A stretch of DNA of 64,000 nt, taken from Anaeromyxobacter sp. Its GTDB lineage: Bacteria > Myxococcota > Myxococcia > Myxococcales > Anaeromyxobacteraceae. The stretch is from positions 352,001 through 416,000 of the forward strand of contig JASGJN010000022.1 in the NCBI GenBank assembly GCA_049840735.1. Reading direction: 5' to 3'. Below the pieces are notes generated by a model that was not told the DNA's origin, did not search any database, and worked only from the letters and a program-made list of their open reading frames with translations. The position numbers and the translations under genes are program-made. This document shows, piece by piece, positions 40,036-47,852 of this stretch (its first letter is position 1; each line of letters begins with the position of its first letter).

Positions 40036-41297
40036 GCCACCACCTCCGCGCCGGGGCGCTGCCGCGCCACCCAGTCGAACGGGCGCTCCTCGGCGCCGTG
40101 CGCCAGGACCAGGTACTCGAAGGGATCGACGTCCAGCATGGAGAGCTGGAGCGCCAGCATCCCGCGCAGCGGCGCGGCCAGCAGCCCGGGGGCGCGCCCC
40201 GGCGCCAGCCGCCCCACGTGCGGGGCGCCCACCGCGGCGCCGTTCCAGGCCAGCGGCATGAGCCGCGAGGACGGCACCTCCGGGAAGGCCTTGTGCAGCG
40301 CGGCCAGCTCGGAGAGCGGCGCCAGCGAGGGCGACGAGGCCAGCGAGTCGGTGCCCACCGCCAGCGGCACCCCGGCGTCGAGCAGCTGCGGCAGCGGCGG
40401 GAGCCTGCCGCCGATGTGCAGGTTGGAGCGCGGGCAGAGCACGGCGGTGGCGCCGGAGGCGGCCAGGGCCGCCACGTCCTCGGCGTCCAGGTCCACGCAG
40501 TGGACCGCCAGGTGCTGCGGGCGCAGGTGCGGGGCCACCAGCGCCACCGCGGAGCGGCCGCGCGGGCGGATGGCCTCCAGGTCCACGCCCAGCGCCCGGA
40601 ACATGCGGGCGAAGTCGCCCGATCCGTCGGCGCAGAGCTGGCGCTCGGCCGGATCCTCGGCCAGGTGGATCGAGCCGGGGCCGGCGTCCAGCAGCGCGGC
40701 GATGGCGTCGAGCGGGGTGGAGTAGATGGCGTGGGGCGTGCGGACCACGCGCAGGCCGGCCGGCGGCGGGCCGTGGCGGGCCAGGGCGGCGTCGGCGGCC
40801 GACAGCGCCGCGGCCAGCCGCTCGGGGGCGAGGCCGAAGACCTCGTGGAAGACGGTGCCGGCCAGGCCGTGGGCGGCCAGCACCGGGAGCGGGTCGAGCG
40901 AGTTGGAGACGTCGCCGATGGCCGCCACGCCGTGGAGGACCATGTCCTCGACGGCCATGGCGCAGGCCAGCGCCGGCGCCTCGGCGGCCGCCGCCCGGGC
41001 GCGGGCGGACACGAAGAGCTGGATCCAGGAGGGCAGCCCGCTCCCGCCCGGCACGCGGCCGGAGAGGTGCGAGACCTCGAGGTGCAGGTGGGCGTTGACC
41101 AGCGCCGGCAGCAGCACGGCGTCGATCCGGTCGCCCGCCCCGTAGCGCGGCTCGATCAGCGGGCGCGGGCCCACCGCCACCACGGTGTCCCCCTCCAGCA
41201 CCACCGCCCCGTCGGCGATGGGCTCGGCGGCCAGGCCGGAGGGACCCTCGGCCAGCCCCGGGAGCACCCAGGGCGCGCTGACGACTCGGACGGTCAC
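40032..41297 (-). CDS. Amidohydrolase (probable aminodeoxyfutalosine deaminase)
   Basis: LPALVNAHLHLE, PHAIYS, IHLAE, AVHCV, LCPRSN, VGTDSLAS; translationally coupled within the mqn operon. Confidence 0.8.
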   Translation of the reverse strand: MTVRVVSAPWVLPGLAEGPSGLAAEPIADGAVVLEGDTVVAVGPRPLIEPRYGAGDRIDAVLLPALVNAHLHLEVSHLSGRVPGGSGLPSWIQLFVSARARAAAAEAPALACAMAVEDMVLHGVAAIGDVSNSLDPLPVLAAHGLAGTVFHEVFGLAPERLAAALSAADAALARHGPPPAGLRVVRTPHAIYSTPLDAIAALLDAGPGSIHLAEDPAERQLCADGSGDFARMFRALGVDLEAIRPRGRSAVALVAPHLRPQHLAVHCVDLDAEDVAALAASGATAVLCPRSNLHIGGRLPPLPQLLDAGVPLAVGTDSLASSPSLAPLSELAALHKAFPEVPSSRLMPLAWNGAAVGAPHVGRLAPGRAPGLLAAPLRGMLALQLSMLDVDPFEYLVLAHGAEERPFDWVARQRPGAEVVA

Positions 41298-43171
41298 GCC
41301 TCCCTGGCCTCCACCAGCTCGTACCGCATGTTGCGGCGCCCGGCCCGGAAGCCGGCGTCGCGGATGTGCCGCTCCACCTCGTCCGAGTCCATCTGGAAGG
41401 TGGTGCCGGCGGCCGAGACCACGTTCTCCTCGATCATCACCGAGCCGAAGTCGTTGCACCCCATGTGCAGCGAGGCCTGGGCCACGCCGCCGCCCATGGT
41501 GACCCAGGAGGCCTGCAGGTTGGGCACGTTGTCCAGCACCAGCCGCGAGAGCGCGTTGGTGCGCAGGTAGGCCTGGGCGCTGGTGTCCCCGGGCGTGAGC
41601 CGGGTGTGGTCGGACTGGAAGGGCCAGCAGATGAAGGCGGTGAACCCGCGGGTCTCGTCCTGCAGCTCCCGCAGCCGCAGGAGGTGGGCCACCCGGTGCC
41701 GGGCCTCCTCGCCCACGCCGAACATCATGGTGGCGGTGGAGCGGAGCCCCTGCTGGTGGGCGGCCTTCATCACCACAAGCCACTCGTCGGTGGAGCACTT
41801 GAGCGGGGCGATGCGCCGCCGGACCTCGTCCTCGAGGATCTCGGCGCCGCCGCCGGGGATGGAGTCCAGGCCGGCCGCGATCAGCCGGCGGATGGTCTCG
41901 TCCAGCGGCAGCTCGCTGGTGCGGGCGATGTGCCAGATCTCCTCGGGGGAGAGGGCGTGCAGGTTGATGACCGGCCACTTCGACTTCACCCAGCGGAACA
42001 GGTCCTCGTACCACTCGACGCCCAGGTCGGGGTGCAGCCCGCCCTGCAGCAGGATCTCGATCCCGCCCAGCGCCACCGTCTCGTCGATCTTGCGCGTCAG
42101 CTCGTCGCGCGAGAGGACGTAGGCCTCCTTGTGGCCGCGGGGCCGGTAGAAGGCGCAGAAGTGGCAGGCCGTGGTGCAGACGTTGGTGTAGTTGACGTTG
42201 CGCGAGACGATGTAGGTGACCAGGCCCTCGGGGTGGAGCGCGCGGCGGCGGGCGTCGGCGGCCAGCCCCAGCTCCAGCAGCGGCGCCTGCTCGTCCAGCA
42301 GCTCGGCCTCGTCCGCGTCCAGCCGCTCGCCGTCGGCCCCCTTCTGCAGCGCGGTGTCGAGCGAGACGGCGCGGCGGGTGCGCTTCGAGCGGACCACGTC
42401 GTCCACGAAGCGCAGCTTCATGGGCGGCAGGAAGCCCTTCCGCGCGGCCCGGTCCAGGAACGCCTCCAGCCCCTCCAGCTCGTAGGGGCCCAGGCCGTAG
42501 CGGATGCGCTGGGTCAGGTAGCGCCGGTAGCGCTCCGGGTCGCCGCCCTTCTGCGCGGCGAACCGCTGCGCCAGCTCGGTGCGGATCCCCAGGCCGTGCT
42601 GCGCGGCCCGCGTCAGCTCCTGCACGTCCTCCGGCTTCACGGCGCCGGGCCGGGCCGCCCAGAGCGCGAAGATCATGGGGAGGCCGGTGAGGTGGTTCCA
42701 CTCGCGCCCGAGGTCGAGCACGTGGTTGGCCTTCACGTCGAAGCCGCGGTCGCCGATCACCAGCGCGCCCCTGGTCCCCTTGGCCTGGGCCAGGCCGCCG
42801 GCGGCGGGCAGCGGGGTGTACCGCGGGTGCACGCCCATCTCGTCCAGCACCAGCTTGGCCAGCACGTGGGAGGTGCGCGAGGCGGTGTCGAGGAAGACCT
42901 CGTCCCAGATGGCCGGCGACTGCTCGCCGGCCAGCACCACCGTCTGCACCGGCCCGTCGGCGCCGATGGCCATGCCGGGGACGATCTCGTACTCACCCTT
43001 GGTGAGGGCGGCGACCGAGACCAGGGCCAGGTCCACCTCGCCCGCCTCCAGCAGGGCGGCGGCGCGGGAGGGCTCGGCCGGGACGAGCTCGATCCGCTCG
43101 GAGCCCTCCAGCCCCGCGGTGAGGGGCCAGGCGTTGAGGAAGGAGACGGCGGCGGCGCGGAGCTTCGGCAT
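41294..43171 (-). CDS. mqnC: Fusion of chorismate dehydratase (MqnA) and cyclic dehypoxanthine futalosine synthase (MqnC, radical SAM)
   Basis: N-terminal VSFLNAWPL...SRTS...LVIGD...DLGREW..LTGLPMIFALW (MqnA); C-terminal RNVNYTNVCTTACHFCAF, SIPGGGAEIL, TATMMFG, FTAFICW, NDFGSVMIEENVVSAAG (MqnC). Confidence 0.9.
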   Translation of the reverse strand: MPKLRAAAVSFLNAWPLTAGLEGSERIELVPAEPSRAAALLEAGEVDLALVSVAALTKGEYEIVPGMAIGADGPVQTVVLAGEQSPAIWDEVFLDTASRTSHVLAKLVLDEMGVHPRYTPLPAAGGLAQAKGTRGALVIGDRGFDVKANHVLDLGREWNHLTGLPMIFALWAARPGAVKPEDVQELTRAAQHGLGIRTELAQRFAAQKGGDPERYRRYLTQRIRYGLGPYELEGLEAFLDRAARKGFLPPMKLRFVDDVVRSKRTRRAVSLDTALQKGADGERLDADEAELLDEQAPLLELGLAADARRRALHPEGLVTYIVSRNVNYTNVCTTACHFCAFYRPRGHKEAYVLSRDELTRKIDETVALGGIEILLQGGLHPDLGVEWYEDLFRWVKSKWPVINLHALSPEEIWHIARTSELPLDETIRRLIAAGLDSIPGGGAEILEDEVRRRIAPLKCSTDEWLVVMKAAHQQGLRSTATMMFGVGEEARHRVAHLLRLRELQDETRGFTAFICWPFQSDHTRLTPGDTSAQAYLRTNALSRLVLDNVPNLQASWVTMGGGVAQASLHMGCNDFGSVMIEENVVSAAGTTFQMDSDEVERHIRDAGFRAGRRNMRYELVEAREA

Positions 43172-43189
43172 CTTCGGTTCCTCGGTGGA

Positions 43190-44347
43190 TCAGGCGGTGA
43201 CCGGCAGCGCGGCGGGCGGGGGCGCCTCGTGCACCCTGAGGACGCGGTAGAGGCTGTCGCGCTCGGCCGGCACGCGGCCGGCGCTGCGGATGAGCTGGTG
43301 CAGCGTCTTCTCGTTGAGCCCCTGCGGCACGGTGGAGCCGGCCATGTGGTAGATGCGCTCCTCGAGCACGGTGCCGTCGAGGTCGTCCACGCCGAAGGCC
43401 AGCGCGGTCTGGGCCAGCCGCTCGCCCAGCGAGACCCAGTACGCCTTGATGTGGTCGAAGTTGTCGAGGTACAGGCGCGCCACCGCCAGCGTGCGCAGCG
43501 CGTCGTAGCCGGTCGGCTTGGGGAAGGCCTTCCCGATCATGTTGTGCTCGGGGTGGAAGGCCAGCGGGATGAAGACCTGGAAGTGGCCGGTCTCGTCCTG
43601 CAGCTCGCGCAGCCGGCGCATGTGGTCGACCCGCTCCTCCAGCCGCTCGATGTGGCCGTACAGCATGGTGGCGTTGGTCCTCACGCCCAGCCGGTGCGCG
43701 GTGCGGTGGATCTCCAGCCACTGCTCGGCGGTGGCCTTGTCGTCGCAGATCTTCCGGCGCACGCGGGGGGCGAAGATCTCGGCGCCGCCGCCGGGGAGCG
43801 TGTCCAGGCCGGCCGCCATCAGGCGGCGCAGGACCTGCTCGTAGCTCATGCCGAACTTCTCGGCGAAGAAGTGGATCTCGATGGCGGTGAAGGCCTTGAT
43901 GGCCAGCTCCGGCCAGGCCTTGCGGATGCGCGAGAGGAGCTCGGTGTAGTACTCGAAGGGCAGGTCGGGGTGGAGGCCGGAGACGATGTGGACCTCGGTG
44001 ACCCCCAGCGGCCGGCGCGAGAGCACCTTCTCGACCGCCTCCTCCAGCTTCATGGTGTAGCCGTCGGAGGCGCGCTGGTCGTCCTTGCGGGCGAACGAGC
44101 AGAACTTGCAGCTGGCCACGCAGACGTTGGTGGGGTTGAGGTGGACGTTCCGGTTGTAGAACGCCAGGTCGCCGTGGCGCCGCCGCCGGACCACGTCGGC
44201 CAGCGCCCCCACCGCGCCCAGGTCGGCGGTCTGGAAGAGCTGGAGCGCCTCCGCGTCGGTGATGCGCTGGGAGGCCAGGACCTTGTCGGCGATGGCGCCG
44301 AGGCCGTCGCGGTCGAGCGCGCGCCGGGCCAGGGTGGAGAGCTGCAT
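43190..44347 (-). CDS. mqnE: Aminofutalosine synthase (radical SAM)
   Basis: HLNPTNVCVASCKFCSF, EVHIVSGLHP, PGGGAEIF, NATMLYGHIE, HIKAYW, DDLDGTV.EERIYHMAG. Confidence 0.92.
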   Translation of the reverse strand: MQLSTLARRALDRDGLGAIADKVLASQRITDAEALQLFQTADLGAVGALADVVRRRRHGDLAFYNRNVHLNPTNVCVASCKFCSFARKDDQRASDGYTMKLEEAVEKVLSRRPLGVTEVHIVSGLHPDLPFEYYTELLSRIRKAWPELAIKAFTAIEIHFFAEKFGMSYEQVLRRLMAAGLDTLPGGGAEIFAPRVRRKICDDKATAEQWLEIHRTAHRLGVRTNATMLYGHIERLEERVDHMRRLRELQDETGHFQVFIPLAFHPEHNMIGKAFPKPTGYDALRTLAVARLYLDNFDHIKAYWVSLGERLAQTALAFGVDDLDGTVLEERIYHMAGSTVPQGLNEKTLHQLIRSAGRVPAERDSLYRVLRVHEAPPPAALPVTA

Positions 44348-44939
44348 CTACGGTTCCTCCGCGGGTTCGGGGGCGCGCGGGACGAGCCCCTCCCACCGCT
44401 TCATGAGAATCGTTGGGCAGGCCCAGGTGGTCGAGCGCGCGCGCCACCACCGTGTCCACCAGCTGCGGCACCGTCGCGGCGCCGGAGTAGAAGGAGGGCG
44501 AGGCCGGCATGACCATGGCGCCGGCCTCGATCACCGCCGTGATGGCGCGGGCGTGGACCAGCGAGATGGGCGTCTCGCGCAGCACCAGCAGCAGCTTGCG
44601 CCGCTCCTTGAGCATCACGTCGGCGGCCCGGCCCACCAGGTCCACCGACATGCCGTAGGCGATGCGCGAGAGCGCGCCCGCCGAGCAGGGGATCACCACC
44701 ATGCCGTCGTAGAGCGACGAGCCCGAGGCGAACGGCGCGGTGAAGTCGTGGTTCTTCCAGGCCTTGAAGGGGTAGCGCGGCTCGGCGCCCAGCTCCTGCT
44801 TCCAGACCTGCTTGCCGGTGGTGGTGAAGACCAGGTCGGCGTGCACGCCGTGCGCGGGGCCGTGCTCGGCCAGGAAGTCGAGCAGCCGCTTGGCGTAGGG
44901 CGCGCCGGTGGCGCCGGAGATGGCCACCACCAGCTTCAC
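44348..44939 (-). CDS. ubiX: Flavin prenyltransferase (apparent +1 insertion near 44409)
   Basis: KLVVAISGATGAPYA, PFASGS, IPCSAG, RAADVMLKERRKLLLVLRETP, PASPSFY; removing one T gives ...LPNDLMKRWEG...EEP* with a TAG abutting the mqnE ATG. Confidence 0.88.
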
Positions 44940-45748
44940 GCGCGCACCGCCGTGACCAGCCCGCACACGCCGGGGAAGAGGGTGGTGCCGCGCACGTCCT
45001 CGAAGCCGAGCCGCGCCGCGGCGGCCTCGAACTCGCGCCGCGAGGCGAACCGCTCCATCGACTCGACCAGGTAGCGGTAGGCGGCCGGGTTGGGCGAGAG
45101 GATCCGCCCCAGCACCGGCAGCGCCAGCTTGTTGTAGGCGCCGTGGACGAAGCGCGAGCCGCGCGACTCGGAGCGGAAGAACTCCAGCACGCCCAGCCGC
45201 CCGCCCGGGCGCAGCACCCGGGCCAGCTCGGCCAGGCCGGTCTCGTAGGAGTCGAGGTTCCGCATCCCGAAGGTCACGGTGGCCAGGTCGAAGGAGGCCG
45301 CCTTGAAGGGCAGGGCCAGGGCGTCGGCCTGGCTGGCCGGCAGCCCGGTCTTCTCCACGCCGCGGGCCAGCATCTGCAGGCTGAAGTCGGCGGCGAAGAC
45401 CCGCAGCCCGGGGGCGCGGCGGTGGGCCAGGCCGGCCACGTCCATGGTCCCGGCGCACAGGTCGAGCAGCCGCTCCCCGGCGCGCGGGGCCAGCGTCGTG
45501 AGCAGCCGGCGCCGCCAGGCCTGGTCCACCCGCAGCGTCATGACGCGGTTGAGCAGGTCGTAGGAGGGCGCGATCCGGTCGAACATGGCGCGCACCGCGG
45601 GGGCGCGCGGCCCCTCGCCGGGCAGCGGGACCGCCGTCTCGGGGTCGCCCTTCGACTCCGCCTGTCCTGAGCGCAGGCCCGCCTCGCGGGCCGGAGCCGA
45701 AGGACTCAGTGCGAACGGATCTGGTGATCGACCGGACGACGGGGTCAC
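44936..45748 (-). CDS. menG: UbiE/MenG family quinone methyltransferase
   Basis: VRAMFDRIAPSYDLLNR, LDLCAGT, DFSLQML, DALALPF, FGMRN, RVLRPGG, YRYLVES. Start uncertain (GTG 45748). Confidence 0.88.
   Translation of the reverse strand: MTPSSGRSPDPFALSPSAPAREAGLRSGQAESKGDPETAVPLPGEGPRAPAVRAMFDRIAPSYDLLNRVMTLRVDQAWRRRLLTTLAPRAGERLLDLCAGTMDVAGLAHRRAPGLRVFAADFSLQMLARGVEKTGLPASQADALALPFKAASFDLATVTFGMRNLDSYETGLAELARVLRPGGRLGVLEFFRSESRGSRFVHGAYNKLALPVLGRILSPNPAAYRYLVESMERFASRREFEAAAARLGFEDVRGTTLFPGVCGLVTAVRA
45647..45720. repeat. REP-like repeat inside the predicted 5' end of menG
   Basis: CCCTTCGACTCCGCCTGTCCTGAGCG...GCCGAAGGACTCAGTGCGAACGG; same family as the intergenic repeats. Confidence 0.6.
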
Positions 45749-47269
45749 TCAGGCGGCTCCCTTCTTCGGGCTCCAGGCGGGCGCGGGCGGCAGCGGGAGG
45801 TTGGGCCGGCGGAAGGGGCCGGCCCCCGGCACCAGCCGCTCGTAGAGCGCGTCCATGCGGGCCAGCACCTCCGGCGGGTGGACGCACGGCTCGGGCCACT
45901 CGCGGCCGCCCTCCTCCGCCCACTTGCGCGTGGCGTCCACGCCGATCTTCCCGCCCAGCCCCAGGTGCGGCGAGGCGTGGTCGAGGATGTCCACCGGGCC
46001 GTCCACGATCACCAGGTCGCGCTTCGCGTCCACGTTGGCGAGGGCGCGCCAGGCGGCCAGCGCGTGGTCCTGCACGTCCACGTCCTCGTCGAAGACCACC
46101 AGCGTCTTGGTGGAGGCCATCTGGCCGGAGCCCCACAGGCCGTGCATCAGCTTCTTGGCGTGGCCGGGGTACTCCTTCTTCATGGAGATGAGGCAGAGGT
46201 TGTGGAACACGCCCTCCGCCGGCATGGCCATGTCGACGATCTCCGGGAAGACGAGCTGCAGCATGGGCAGGAAGAGCCGCACCGTGGCGGTGCCCATCCA
46301 CAGGTCCTCGACCGGCGGCGGCCCGACCACGGTGGCGGGGTAGACCGGATCCTTGCGGTGGGTGATGGCCACCACGTCCAGCGCGGGGTAGTCGTCGGCC
46401 AGGGAGTAGTAGCCGGTGTGATCGCCGAAGGGCCCCTCGCGCACCAGCGGCGCGGCGGTGTCCACGAACCCCTCGATGATCACGTCGGCGTCGGCCGGCA
46501 CGTCCAGCCCGGTGGCCACGCCCTTCACCGTCCGGACCGCCTCGCCGCGCAGGAAACCGGCGAAGAGGTACTCGTCCACGTTGGGCGGCAGCGGCGCGGA
46601 GGCCGACCAGGTGAGCGCCGGATCGCCGCCCAGCGCGATGGCGACCGGCATGCGCTCGCCCCGCTTCCTGTAGCCGCGGTAGTGCGCGGTGGCGGTCTTG
46701 TGCAGCTGCCAGTGCATGGCCAGGCGGCGCGGCCCCAGCACCTGCAGCCGGTACATGCCCACGTTGCGGATGCCGGTCTCGGGGTCCTTCGTGATCACCT
46801 GCGGCAGCGTGATGAACGGCCCGCCGTCGTGCGGCCAGGTGGTGAGGACCGGCAGGATGCCCAGGTCGGGCTCGCGCTCCACCACCTCCTGGCTGGGGCC
46901 GGACGAGACGTGCTTGGGCGTCATGGTGGCCAGCTTCCCCAGCCTGGGGAGCAGCTTGAGCTTGTCCCAGAGCGACTGCGGCGGGGCCATGCGCAGCAGC
47001 GAGCGCAGCTCGGCGGCGTGCTCCTCGAAGTCCTCGGAGGAGAGCGCCCAGCTGGTCCGCCGGCGGGTGCCGTAGAGGTTCATGGCCACCGGCATCGAGC
47101 CGGGGTGGCCCTTCACGTTCTCGAACAGGAGGGCCGGGCCCCCCTGCTTGGCGGCGCGGTCGGCCAGCGCGGCCATCTCCAGCACCGGATCGACCGGATC
47201 CTTCACGCGGACGAGCTCGCCGGCCTGCTCCAGCCGGTCGAGGAACTCGCGGAGCGAGCGGTAGCCCAT
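45749..47269 (-). CDS. ubiD: UbiD-family decarboxylase (menaquinone biosynthesis)
   Basis: YRSLREFL..LE..GEL, GPALLFEN, RNVGMYRLQ, EGPFGDHTGYY, GPVDILDHA, KIGVDAT. Confidence 0.92.
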   Translation of the reverse strand: MGYRSLREFLDRLEQAGELVRVKDPVDPVLEMAALADRAAKQGGPALLFENVKGHPGSMPVAMNLYGTRRRTSWALSSEDFEEHAAELRSLLRMAPPQSLWDKLKLLPRLGKLATMTPKHVSSGPSQEVVEREPDLGILPVLTTWPHDGGPFITLPQVITKDPETGIRNVGMYRLQVLGPRRLAMHWQLHKTATAHYRGYRKRGERMPVAIALGGDPALTWSASAPLPPNVDEYLFAGFLRGEAVRTVKGVATGLDVPADADVIIEGFVDTAAPLVREGPFGDHTGYYSLADDYPALDVVAITHRKDPVYPATVVGPPPVEDLWMGTATVRLFLPMLQLVFPEIVDMAMPAEGVFHNLCLISMKKEYPGHAKKLMHGLWGSGQMASTKTLVVFDEDVDVQDHALAAWRALANVDAKRDLVIVDGPVDILDHASPHLGLGGKIGVDATRKWAEEGGREWPEPCVHPPEVLARMDALYERLVPGAGPFRRPNLPLPPAPAWSPKKGAA

Positions 47270-47303
47270 GGCGCGCGGATCTCTATCCCACCGGCCGGCT
47301 TGT

Positions 47304-47319
47304 TTCAACAATCGTTGAA
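47304..47319. promoter_or_regulatory. Palindromic operator candidate TTCAAC-N4-GTTGAA overlapping a putative -35 of the mqn operon
   Basis: TTCAAC-AATC-GTTGAA; minus strand TTGAAA-17 nt-TAGAGA then ATG 8 nt later; the same half-sites occur at 51703-51718. Confidence 0.65.
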
Positions 47320-47544
47320 GGAAAAAAGCTTCGTCCGGACGCGGGGCTTGGAGCCGCTGAGGGCTCCTTCCCCACCGCCCTTCCAGGGGCCGGACCTTGC
47401 GTCTGCGGGCGCTCACGGAGCGTCAAGGCGGGCCGCCCCGCCCGCCGCAGGGCCAAGGCGCGAGCCGGGAAGGTCCGGGCGAAAGGACGCGCCCGCGACG
47501 AAGCTTCCCCATCGACCGTCCGACCGATCTAGGCTACGCCGCCC

Positions 47545-47820
47545 ATGGACCGCCGCCAGCGCGCACGAGAGCTGATCCTGGTCGCCCTCCACGGGGTCGA
47601 GGAGGAGCTGTCGGCGCATCGCTACCCGATCTGCGCCGAGCACCTCTGCACCTGCCGCGAGAGGCTGCGCGAGTACCTGGCCTCGCTCGAGGGCGGCTGC
47701 CTGCCGCCCAAGCGGGAGCGGCCGGAGGGGCTGGGGCGGATCATCGTCGACTCCTGGGGCTACGACGTGCCGCTGGCCAACGTGATCCTGGCGGCGGAGC
47801 GGGCCTGGCGGAACGCGTAG
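47545..47820 (+). CDS. Hypothetical protein
   Basis: 91-aa ORF with strong G/C third positions; TAGGCT just upstream of the ATG. Confidence 0.6.
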   Translation: MDRRQRARELILVALHGVEEELSAHRYPICAEHLCTCRERLREYLASLEGGCLPPKRERPEGLGRIIVDSWGYDVPLANVILAAERAWRNA

Positions 47821-47852
47821 GGGCCGCCCGCGCGCGAGCGGCCCGCGCCGGT

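Noticed and set aside
34465..40725. 2086-aa plus-strand ORF and other very long Arg/Gly/Ala-rich ORFs (e.g. 41366-44512, 47397-50231, 30818-33697)
   Set aside because: Shadow ORFs antisense or off-frame to recognisable genes, expected in very GC-rich DNA.
47331..47415. Degenerate tRNA-Leu on the minus strand
   Set aside because: Superficial resemblance only: no TTCGA T-loop, D-loop or CCA end; reported instead as an unclassified structured element.
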